Virus record (IMG/VR): IMGVR_UViG_3300025012_000065
Source of the DNA: an uncultured virus (IMG/VR IMGVR_UViG_3300025012_000065)
Lineage: Duplodnaviria > Heunggongvirae > Uroviricota > Caudoviricetes
DNA: 20,000 nucleotides
Reading direction: 5' to 3' (one strand)
Shown here: positions 1 to 7,890 of the stretch, one piece after another
Layout: the number at the start of each line of letters is the position of its first letter
How positions within the stretch are numbered: position 1 is the first letter of the stretch
Notes under the pieces: generated by a model
The model's input: the letters and a program-made list of their open reading frames with translations, nothing else
What the model was told of the DNA's origin: nothing
Database searches by the model: none
Made by a program: the position numbers and the translations under genes

Positions 1-3000
1 ATAAAACTAATAATAACTTCGAAGGCTGCTTGAATCACCGCCGGGAGTTTATCAGCCACACCTTTTAAGAATTCTATGATTATTAGAGTTCCAACCACCA
101 ATATCTTACCGATATTGTCTAGAATGCCCTTAAGTAGACCCATAACCAACTTCATGCCCGCATCCACTATCATGGGTATAGACTTAACGAGAAAATCTAA
201 TACTGATTTTAGAACGACCGATAGTCCCTCTAATAGTTTAGGTATTATTCGTATGAGCCCGTCTACAAGGGCTGAAACTACAATTACCAATGCGTCGACA
301 AATGCTGGTGCTGTAGCCGCTAAGACTTCACATAGAGTCACAAGCGTCACGCGTAACTGGGAAAGAAGCATAGGTAGTAATCCAACGATACTTGTGATGA
401 ATAGTGCAATTGCTCCACCACTAGCAGTTAAAGCTACACTGAGAGCTGTCAACGCTACCGAAAATAAGGTTAATCCAGCCCCGACGGCCAGACACCCAAT
501 GCCTAAAAGTAGTACTGCTGCGCCAAGTGCTAGTAACACGGGAACTAACGGCGCTAAAATAAGAGCGGATAATCCTAGTACCGCAAATACGCCCACTAAA
601 GCAATCAGACTTTTACCAATTTGAGCTAAGGACATTGCTCCTAATGTTTGCATGACTGTCGCTAAGACGGTAAGGGCCCCTGAAATAATTAACAATGCTG
701 CAGCGCCTGCTAAGGACGTTGTCATTAAGGCCATTGTCGCCGCGATGATAATTAACGCACCACCCAATACAGTAAGACCTCTGGCGATCTCGTCCCACGT
801 CATACCACCCATAGTTTGTAATGCTCTTGATAGAATAACCAAGGCAGCCGCGATGGCTATAAGCCCAACGCCTGTGAATACCATTCCTTTAGGCATTAAT
901 CTAACGGCAATAGTTACTGCAGCCAATGCTCCCGCCATTGCAAGTAGACCTTTTTGGAGTTGTTCAACGGACATATTTCCAAGAACGCCAATGGCTTGGG
1001 CAAATATAAGCATTGCTTGTCCCAGAATCAGTAACCCAAGGGCTGTAGCGATTACGTTCTTAGCGTTGCCTGTAAGCTTAGTAAATATAGCAAGTTCAAG
1101 AAGAACTGTAACAACTGCACCTAAACCCTTGATTAATGTATTAACGTCTAATGCTGCAAATGCTGTTACGGCAGTTGCTAACATAATTATAGCCTGAGCC
1201 AGAGCAATAAGTCCGAGGCTGCTACTTAGACCCATACCTTTACCGCTTGTCAACTTCATAAATATACCTAACTCAAGAACCAGCACACCAACTGAGCCTA
1301 AACCTTTAGCTAGAGACTTCATATCAATAGCTCCTAATTTTATAACTGCGTCAGCAAGCATGTTTAACGCAACCGCAAATAATATAAGACCTACACTACT
1401 GGATACCATTTTAGACGACGCTTTTGAAAGCCCTGCTGAGGTGGCGACTAATATTACACAAAGCGCAGCTATAGCGGTAAGACCTTTGGCTATTTCTTCC
1501 CAATTGAGTTTTGCTAATTTTCCCATAGCGACAGCTAGAATAAGAATGGCGATGCCTAGTCCTTGCATGGCTGCGATTAGCTTGAACGTAGCGATTATAC
1601 CAGGTCCTCCAGCAATTTTGCCAAGCAGACCCATAGCCACGAATAGCTCAGTCAGTAAAGTACCTATGGCTACCAATGAAGAAGTTAGTTTTTCCGAATC
1701 GATTAACGAAATAGCAACTAAAGCCGCAGCCAAAATAGCAATAGAAATCGCGATACTCTTTATTATTTTTGCTTGTAACTCTTGCTGCCACAATCTAAGA
1801 CTGGCTCTGACTCCGTTAAAGACTCCGGTAATGTTTTGTAAGAAGCCACCCTTGGTTGCTATGTTCGTTATGGAATATATATACTTGTTTAGTCCGATTA
1901 GTATGCCTGCAAACAAGGTTCCGTTTATCATGTCAAATATAGCTTTAAAGTTACCGGCTTTGAGGGTGTTTAGTATGATGTCTCCGAACTGATTAAGTGC
2001 TTCACCGGCAATAGTGGCAAGCTTACCAAACACGGGGAACATAGTTTTAAACGCCGTAACTAGTTTAGATAGGGCTTGATGTAATAAGTCAAGTACTTTG
2101 TTTAATCCAGCAAACCTAGCGGACACTCTACCTGTAAACTTATCTCCGTCACCGGCATCGTTGTTCCATAGAGCTTTGAATGCCTCTGTCAAGGCCGTCA
2201 GTGCGTCAGCAATAAAGTTAGCGACCGGGGTTATAACTGATGCTAGAAAAGTAATCGCTTCGTTAAATATAGTAGAAGACTTTACTGATTGGTCTACTGC
2301 TACAAGGAATCGACCAATGGCAGCTGTTATATACAGTAGTCTATCTGCTATTGGTAGTAAAGGGGCTGCCATGTAAGCTACAGCTTTGCCGAATGCAAGG
2401 AGGATTAGTAAACCCGTATTTAGTACGGCGAATACTCCCTTGAATGTGTCTTTAATATTGGAGGCTTGTGTGTCTCCCATTTTGAATTTATCGGTTAGAT
2501 CCTTGAGTCCGCCCGTAAAGAATAACAGTTGAGTGACAGTTGCTGCTGGAAAGATCTCTTGAAAAGCATCTTTGATGGGTTTTAAAATGCTATATAAGCC
2601 TTTAGTGACATTGTGTACTGACTGAAGTACATTTACTAATGGTCCAAAATTTTTGATATCTAATTTATCAATGATCCCTTTGCTTAATCCAGTAGTAACG
2701 GTATTAAATACACCAATCAACGGTTTAAGAGCCGTATGTACATTATTGATAACCGGTCGTAACGCGTTTAAAATGTCACGTAGATTATCGAATGCCACAG
2801 CGGCTACGTCTGCGCCTATACGACCCAAAGCCGATTTTACATTAGCTAGTGCTCCGGTAAATAGTTTATTAGCATCTTTAGCATGTGCCCCAAAAGCATC
2901 GTCCATAGCATCTGAGAATATTTTGAAACTGATCTTACCATCGCTCACCATCTCACGAACTTCGGCTTCACTTTTATTTAAAGCTTTAGCTAGAGTTGCT

Positions 3001-3653
3001 GCCGCGTTAACACCGCTACTCGATAGTTGTAAAAGATCGTTACCCATTAGTCGCCCATTACCAGCGACCCCTACAAAGATTCGACCTATATCAGAATATT
3101 CCCTACCAGTCATTGCCGCGACACCTGAAACAGCTCTCAAGGACGAGTACATTGCGTCTCCGGCTCTCATGCCGGATGCTCCGAGCTGAGAAGCTACCAT
3201 CGCAGCGTCGGCAAGACCATACGCAGTCCCGCTTACTGCATCATTTGCATTTTTCATCGTGGCTTCTATATCCATACCAAGACCTTCGAATTGGAACTTA
3301 GCTTGGGCTATAGCCAGTGCTCTCTTTTTACCACCTTCAATGAGGGGTCCAGTTATAGCGCCCGCTAATTTTCCGCTCATATCGATAGCGGCATTAGTAA
3401 GATTGTGAATCACAGTCATACCGGCAATACCCATAGTCGAGAACCTATCGACGAGCTGTTGCACTCCTGCGCCTATTCCCGCTAAAGAGAAATTATCACC
3501 AGTGATTTGAAGGCCTTGTAGTGCTTTAGTTGCGGCGTCTAAATTAAGTCCTTTTTTTAGACCCTCAATTGCCTGCATACTATCTTGTACATTAGCTTGA
3601 AAATGTTCATTTTTAAACTGCATTTCTATAATGCGAGTATCAACAGCGTTCAT
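1..3653 (-). CDS. Tail tape measure protein, 5' part (continues beyond left edge; >1200 aa)
   Basis: Not in the ORF track. Manual translation from ATG 3653 gives MNAVDTRIIEMQFKNEHFQANV...AVSGTAYGLADAAMVASQLGASG...GVAGNGRLMGNDLLQL, a tape-measure N-terminal type sequence. The same frame at the left edge reads ...EFLKGVADKLPAVIQAAFEVIISF. Ala/Leu/Gly-rich, ATGA overlap with the upstream gene, and expected position after the chaperones. I translated both ends, not every internal codon. Confidence 0.92.
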   Translation of the reverse strand, partial: MNAVDTRIIEMQFKNEHFQANVQDSMQAIEGLKKGLNLDAATKALQGLQITGDNFSLAGIGAGVQQLVDRFSTMGIAGMTVIHNLTNAAIDMSGKLAGAITGPLIEGGKKRALAIAQAKFQFEGLGMDIEATMKNANDAVSGTAYGLADAAMVASQLGASGMRAGDAMYSSLRAVSGVAAMTGREYSDIGRIFVGVAGNGRLMGNDLLQLSSSGVNAAATLAKALNKSEAEVREMVSDGKISFKIFSDAMDDAFGAHAKDANKLFTGALANVKSALGRIGADVAAVAFDNLRDILNALRPVINNVHTALKPLIGVFNTVTTGLSKGIIDKLDIKNFGPLVNVLQSVHNVTKGLYSILKPIKDAFQEIFPAATVTQLLFFTGGLKDLTDKFKMGDTQASNIKDTFKGVFAVLNTGLLILLAFGKAVAYMAAPLLPIADRLLYITAAIGRFLVAVDQSVKSSTIFNEAITFLASVITPVANFIADALTALTEAFKALWNNDAGDGDKFTGRVSARFAGLNKVLDLLHQALSKLVTAFKTMFPVFGKLATIAGEALNQFGDIILNTLKAGNFKAIFDMINGTLFAGILIGLNKYIYSITNIATKGGFLQNITGVFNGVRASLRLWQQELQAKIIKSIAISIAILAAALVAISLIDSEKLTSSLVAIGTLLTELFVAMGLLGKIAGGPGIIATFKLIAAMQGLGIAILILAVAMGKLAKLNWEEIAKGLTAIAALCVILVATSAGLSKASSKMVSSSVGLILFAVALNMLADAVIKLGAIDMKSLAKGLGSVGVLVLELGIFMKLTSGKGMGLSSSLGLIALAQAIIMLATAVTAFAALDVNTLIKGLGAVVTVLLELAIFTKLTGNAKNVIATALGLLILGQAMLIFAQAIGVLGNMSVEQLQKGLLAMAGALAAVTIAVRLMPKGMVFTGVGLIAIAAALVILSRALQTMGGMTWDEIARGLTVLGGALIIIAATMALMTTSLAGAAALLIISGALTVLATVMQTLGAMSLAQIGKSLIALVGVFAVLGLSALILAPLVPVLLALGAAVLLLGIGCLAVGAGLTLFSVALTALSVALTASGGAIALFITSIVGLLPMLLSQLRVTLVTLCEVLAATAPAFVDALVIVVSALVDGLIRIIPKLLEGLSVVLKSVLDFLVKSIPMIVDAGMKLVMGLLKGILDNIGKILVVGTLIIIEFLKGVADKLPAVIQAAFEVIISF

Positions 3654-4027
3654 TTTTGGGTTACCTCCTTCCATGCTTCATCTGCAAAGCCATCAAACAC
3701 AGATTGAATTGCCGGATTTATATAGTCTCGTCCTTGTACGTAACTTCCGTTTTTAGTACCATGCCCGTATTGTAAAAGTATGGCAATAAGGACTCCGTCC
3801 ACAGCATTCGAGTTGGTCCAATATATTTTCAAAGTACCTTTGGATATCTTTATCTGATAATCCCAGCACTGACTTGTCAAACCAGTATCAACAGGGGTGG
3901 CCGAAGCAAGAGCTAAAACACCCATTTGTCCGTACTTTTTTAGTATATCTAAGTAGTCAAGTCTTTCGGCTATTTTAAGAAATCTGTCAGTATTCTTAAA
4001 GTCTCCGCTTTGTTTGAACGTAATCAT
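3650..4027 (-). CDS. Neck/tail-completion protein (HK97 gp10-like)
   Basis: TPVDTG motif and LQYGHGT motif typical of HK97 gp10-like proteins. GAGGTG RBS favours ATG 4027 over GTG 4036. Confidence 0.7.
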   Translation of the reverse strand: MITFKQSGDFKNTDRFLKIAERLDYLDILKKYGQMGVLALASATPVDTGLTSQCWDYQIKISKGTLKIYWTNSNAVDGVLIAILLQYGHGTKNGSYVQGRDYINPAIQSVFDGFADEAWKEVTQK

Positions 4028-4060
4028 GTAGCTCACCTCTCACTTCAGTTATCCCGTTGA

Positions 4061-4600
4061 TTATCCCTTAGTGTTCATTGATTTTCGACGTGATTCATTA
4101 AGGGTTTTGTTTCTACTGATGAGTTCTTTTTTACTCATCTTACCGGCAGGTTGATTCTTTATATTACAAACATTAATTAAAGTTAATAATCGGTTAAGAT
4201 GCCACTTTTGACATTCAAAAGGAATGGTCATGGATATCATCCAGTAGTATATGATTTCGGCCGTAATTATCTCTCGATTAAGTGTCTTCTTTTCGTTGGA
4301 GAATATGGTTGCAGTCATCGGGGTTTCTATGTATTGACTGACTTGGGCAACGTTCTGATCGGTAATATAGGCATAGACGCTAGGGTCAACATTTTGGGTC
4401 AGAGTCATACACCTGACATAATCGGTTGATTCTTCGAACGTTTTTGACTCTTTGGATAAGAACGGTTTACACCACTTCGACTCCCATTTTGAAAGTGAGA
4501 CCAAGGAATGTTCCAGCTGCAATACTTGTTCTTTTGTTGTGATGAACTCGTCGTTAATCTCGTCGTATTGTTCGACAGCAGGTATTATAAGCTTTAACAT
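4061..4600 (-). CDS. Conserved phage tail-region protein, probable second tail assembly chaperone
   Basis: 179-aa ORF (LEHSLVSLSKWESKW, IPFECQKWHLNRLLTLI) between the chaperone-like gene and the tape measure gene. Function inferred from synteny. Confidence 0.55.
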   Translation of the reverse strand: MLKLIIPAVEQYDEINDEFITTKEQVLQLEHSLVSLSKWESKWCKPFLSKESKTFEESTDYVRCMTLTQNVDPSVYAYITDQNVAQVSQYIETPMTATIFSNEKKTLNREIITAEIIYYWMISMTIPFECQKWHLNRLLTLINVCNIKNQPAGKMSKKELISRNKTLNESRRKSMNTKG

Positions 4601-4616
4601 TCCTGGTCCTCCTATT

Positions 4617-4997
4617 CTATACTGTTAATTTTGGCTGTGCGATTGTGGGAGTAATCCCGTTAACAAAAGCTGCGGCAGAGTCGGCATTCGTAGCCAGCTC
4701 CATAAATAGAACACTATATGCTTCAGTCTGGGCGAAAGAATCACTGATCTCTTGACTTTTCTTAAACCGCTTCCCATCAACAGACTTCTCACCATAGGCC
4801 TTGAGGATTAGATCTTTGAAGATCTCGATAACCCGTTTAGTATCCTCTGCGGCGATAATACTTTCGATAGTCTTCACTAAACCACCATTGTGGGACATCT
4901 CCATCTCTGTTAGTTCGGCTTTATTAAGATTGAAGTAGAAATCCTCAGTTCTTGTGTTCCCATCATAATCTTCATAGGTAATTTTCTTCTTTAACAT
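4617..4997 (-). CDS. Tail assembly chaperone
   Basis: 126-aa ORF starting MLKKKITYEDYDG after GAAAGGGG RBS. Size and position between major tail protein and tape measure gene fit. Confidence 0.65.
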   Translation of the reverse strand: MLKKKITYEDYDGNTRTEDFYFNLNKAELTEMEMSHNGGLVKTIESIIAAEDTKRVIEIFKDLILKAYGEKSVDGKRFKKSQEISDSFAQTEAYSVLFMELATNADSAAAFVNGITPTIAQPKLTV

Positions 4998-5020
4998 GGT
5001 ATCATGGTCCCCTTTCAAAT

Positions 5021-5052
5021 TAAAAAGAGGGCCCTCATGTTACAGAGAGCCC
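5021..5052 (-). terminator. Rho-independent terminator-like hairpin (copy 2)
   Basis: Minus strand GGGCTCTC-TGTAACAT-GAGGGCCC followed by TCTTTTTA, just after the stop of the fibre-like gene. Confidence 0.7.
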
Positions 5053-5067
5053 AAGTAGGAGGGCTAA

Positions 5068-6054
5068 TTAATAGGCCGTCCCAAGAGAAATACGGCGCCA
5101 GTTTTTGCCGGATGTAGTATTATCGGCCACAAGTTTGTATAGGTAGGTAGCGTCCGCCATTCCTTGACCAGCAACACCAACCGTACCGTCTATTCCACCT
5201 GTTAGTAAAAGGGCACCGGCTGTGAAAGCTCCATTAGTCATGGTTTCGCCAATAATAATAGCGTTACCAATAACGCCTGCGACGTCCGCAGTTAAATCCA
5301 CCGTGTCTCCAGCGCCATCAACAGCACCTACTCCTTGGGTATCAGATGCGGTAATGGCTGCGACAAGAGCCGTTATTGCATTAGCGGCTATGCAATCTGC
5401 TCCTGATCCTAGAGTAACAGCACCAAAGACATTTGTCACGGCATTAAATGTTTCAGTAGTAGCAATAGTGTCTCCGGCGACACCGCCTACTAATGCAGTG
5501 ATGGCACAATCGTTTACTACGAATACCCCAGCGGTTACCAATGGGTGTGGAGGGTTAAATGCGTCAGTTCCGTTTATAGCGGCAACGATCGCGATTTTAG
5601 CACTTGGTAAATCTGTACCAATATTGATTTCTCCATCCACAGCGGCAGTACCATCAGCAACAAAAGTATACACCTTTGTCCCGATGGTCATCGTATCGGT
5701 AACCGTCGGTTGTGTATCCACGGTTAATACTATAGATGATTTAGTTGTTGACGCTGTGATATTAACCGGAATATTTGTTGGAGTAGTTTTAGTCTGGGCG
5801 GTATCGGCTAAGAATTCATAAACGTCAACGCCTGCAATGGCGGGATTATTAATCGTTACCGTTTCACCATCAATAACAACGCCTGTTACCGCCAGGGTTT
5901 TTGCCGCGTTCGCTGCATTCACAGGAGTGCCCGAAGTGGTATATCCACTATTTATAGCAGTGATCATTTCTTGAATTTTGGCACCAAAACCCTCAGGCGA
6001 GTTCATATTAAGATGGGTGATATGCCGAATTTGAGAAGCGGTTAAATTTTCCAT
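5068..6054 (-). CDS. Putative virion fibre/decoration protein (Thr/Ala/Gly/Val-rich)
   Basis: 328 aa from ATG 6054 after GAAAGGATGG RBS; the track start at 6090 lies inside the terminator hairpin. Beta-strand-like composition and an internal duplicated module. The C-terminal G-x-x-G-x4-D-x-x-YLY...NW-R-R motif resembles ends of phage fibre proteins. Confidence 0.55.
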   Translation of the reverse strand: MENLTASQIRHITHLNMNSPEGFGAKIQEMITAINSGYTTSGTPVNAANAAKTLAVTGVVIDGETVTINNPAIAGVDVYEFLADTAQTKTTPTNIPVNITASTTKSSIVLTVDTQPTVTDTMTIGTKVYTFVADGTAAVDGEINIGTDLPSAKIAIVAAINGTDAFNPPHPLVTAGVFVVNDCAITALVGGVAGDTIATTETFNAVTNVFGAVTLGSGADCIAANAITALVAAITASDTQGVGAVDGAGDTVDLTADVAGVIGNAIIIGETMTNGAFTAGALLLTGGIDGTVGVAGQGMADATYLYKLVADNTTSGKNWRRISLGTAY

Positions 6055-6072
6055 TATTTCCATCCTTTCTAA

Positions 6073-6104
6073 ATAAAAGAGGGCTCTCATATTTCAGAGA
6101 ACCC
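6073..6104 (-). terminator. Rho-independent terminator-like hairpin (copy 1)
   Basis: Minus strand GGGTTCTC-TGAAATAT-GAGAGCCC followed by TCTTTTAT, downstream of the major tail protein stop. Confidence 0.7.
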
Positions 6105-6150
6105 AGTTGAGGAGGCGTTTAGACTGTGTTATTAGCACAGGACCAATTAA

Positions 6151-7104
6151 TTAAGCAGTCGTGAATTTCTTGACCACAGGAGCGAGTGTTTGACCATAGA
6201 TATCGGTCGCCAAACTAATCACAACAAGATAAGACGTAGCCGCTGTAAGGTTGACTGTTGGATCGATAGTGAGTACTTTTCCAGCAACGTCCCAAGTCTT
6301 CGTTGCTGCTACGAGCACTCCAGCTTGTGAGGTTAGAACGATTGACGAAGCGGCTATTTTGTTATTGAACGTGAGAACAACGTCCGCAGAAACAACAACC
6401 GCTGTAGCTGCGTCAGCAGGAACAATAGTCAACGCTAGTGTTGTTGGTGCTTCAGATCCAAATATAGCTGCGATTTCATCTGGGAATGGAAGACGTGGAT
6501 CGACGCCAACACTACCATAAATAATTGACTCAAGTGTGGCAAGTTTGGTCGAGTCCACTTTTGTGGAGTCAATTGTTAAGGATGCCGTTGGTCTTTTCCC
6601 AGTAACTTCTACCGGAGTCGTAGTTACTGCCCATGAAAACGTGATGGCTTCAGGAGCATCGTTAACTGTAGCATAGCCCTTCTCCGAAGGAGCTGCCATA
6701 GCACCATAAATCAAATGTAACTTATAACCGTGTTCGCTACCGGCAGTATCATTGCCGAGTTCAGTTCGATAACTGAGACCAAATCCTTTTCGGAGCTGCT
6801 GATTAACCATTACCCCAACTGATAGTTCTGCTGATCCATCACAAATCGCAAACTCGTCAGGATATGTGTAGGCTTCTACCGTGGCCCCAAATTCCTCGGC
6901 GGACATCAGATTAAGATACTTGATGTTATCGGCATAAATAGGAGTCGGTTCTGCCCCAGAAGGACTTTCGGTAACAGCCGTTAGACCGTTCCAAACGACG
7001 CCTAGCGGATAAACGCCATTTGTATCCTGGGGGTAGAGAACCCCATTACTCACACCAGTTTCATAGAACTTTTTACCAACTTCATCCCAAATAAGTTTAG
7101 CCAT
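6151..7104 (-). CDS. Major tail (tube) protein with C-terminal Ig-like domain (Big_5/SbsA-like)
   Basis: The N-terminal ~215 aa has siphovirus tube motifs (WNGLTAVTESPSG, IYADNIKY, YKLHLIYG). The last ~100 aa (VPADAATAV...VVLTFNNKI...VLTIDPTVNL...Y-x-V...DIYGQTL...FTT) matches the Big_5 pattern. AAGGAGG RBS. Confidence 0.88.
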   Translation of the reverse strand: MAKLIWDEVGKKFYETGVSNGVLYPQDTNGVYPLGVVWNGLTAVTESPSGAEPTPIYADNIKYLNLMSAEEFGATVEAYTYPDEFAICDGSAELSVGVMVNQQLRKGFGLSYRTELGNDTAGSEHGYKLHLIYGAMAAPSEKGYATVNDAPEAITFSWAVTTTPVEVTGKRPTASLTIDSTKVDSTKLATLESIIYGSVGVDPRLPFPDEIAAIFGSEAPTTLALTIVPADAATAVVVSADVVLTFNNKIAASSIVLTSQAGVLVAATKTWDVAGKVLTIDPTVNLTAATSYLVVISLATDIYGQTLAPVVKKFTTA

Positions 7105-7119
7105 GTTGTCGTTCCTCCT

Positions 7120-7425
7120 TTAATAATATAATGTGTACACGTCGTGGTTTAGATTGTCTTTCTTGAAATGGGTACTGAATGAGCATAGCGGTAGAAGCAT
7201 GACCTTATCTGGGATTAGACTATCAGGATTCTTGTCAATGACCGTTACCTGATACCTTTTTTTGTGGTTGTATAGGACGCCATCCGCAAACTTGGCGGAT
7301 ACAGAGTCGCGTCTGTATACAATACAAGGATACTGCATGACTACCGACGGGGGAGGCTGATAATATACATGCATGTTACCAAGTACAGCTTCAAGGATTA
7401 CCTGAAGGTCAACTCGTTGTCCCAT
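7120..7425 (-). CDS. Tail terminator / tail-completion protein
   Basis: VYYQPP...YPCIVY motif, ~101 aa, immediately upstream of the major tail gene. GGGAGGTG RBS favours ATG 7425. Confidence 0.7.
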   Translation of the reverse strand: MGQRVDLQVILEAVLGNMHVYYQPPPSVVMQYPCIVYRRDSVSAKFADGVLYNHKKRYQVTVIDKNPDSLIPDKVMLLPLCSFSTHFKKDNLNHDVYTLYY

Positions 7426-7735
7426 TGGTGTATACACCTCCCACCGAAAGTATAAGTCGTGGTCTTTGGACTTCCACGTTAGTTATTTTCCATTTAGCCC
7501 CCATCCATTCGACGTATCGCATAGCATGAAAGTTCAGATTAGCAAACGGGTCGGAAATAATGCTAATCGTGTTATTAATCACAAGGTCGTCATTAAGATT
7601 CTCTCCCGATTGCCACTTCCTGGTGTTTCGAATGACATCTCCAGAGTAGTTATACTCAATATTAGTCTCTTCCCAAACACCAGGCATAGTTTCACTGGTT
7701 ACCGCGTATCCGATTTTCCCGTAAAACTTTCCCAT
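7409..7735 (-). CDS. Head closure / head-tail adaptor protein
   Basis: 108 aa from MGKFYGKIGY after AAGGAG RBS. C-terminal YVEWMGAKWKITNVE beta pattern and position after the capsid gene fit a head stopper. Confidence 0.7.
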   Translation of the reverse strand: MGKFYGKIGYAVTSETMPGVWEETNIEYNYSGDVIRNTRKWQSGENLNDDLVINNTISIISDPFANLNFHAMRYVEWMGAKWKITNVEVQRPRLILSVGGVYTNGTTS

Positions 7736-7877
7736 TTTGAATCTCCTTTGGTTCGAAGTACGGCTTGTCTTTTGTATCATAGCATTCGGAACTATTGGGA
7801 CAAGCCATCGAATGCTTATGTTGACATTCAGTACAAGTTCTTCCAAGTTTCCGTCTGTTCCAAAACAAAAGACTCAC
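7692..7877 (-). CDS. Small Cys-rich hypothetical protein (possible metal binder)
   Basis: Fills the gap between the capsid stop and the head closure gene. Strong GAGGAGGTG RBS (true start may be the TTG near 7868). Contains CTECQHKH...C...C. Confidence 0.5.
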   Translation of the reverse strand: MSLLFWNRRKLGRTCTECQHKHSMACPNSSECYDTKDKPYFEPKEIQNGKVLRENRIRGNQ

Positions 7878-7890
7878 CTCCTCTTATGGA

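Noticed and set aside
76..3301. Several long + strand ORFs (e.g. 76-624, 652-1197, 1360-1992, 2653-3189) and the short minus ORF 613-798
   Set aside because: Antisense or off-frame shadows of the tape measure gene; no recognisable motifs.
4590..4660. Possible lambda G/GT-type programmed -1 frameshift between the two chaperone-like genes
   Set aside because: No X XXY YYZ slippery heptamer seen in frame near the first gene's end, and the second gene has its own purine-rich RBS and ATG.
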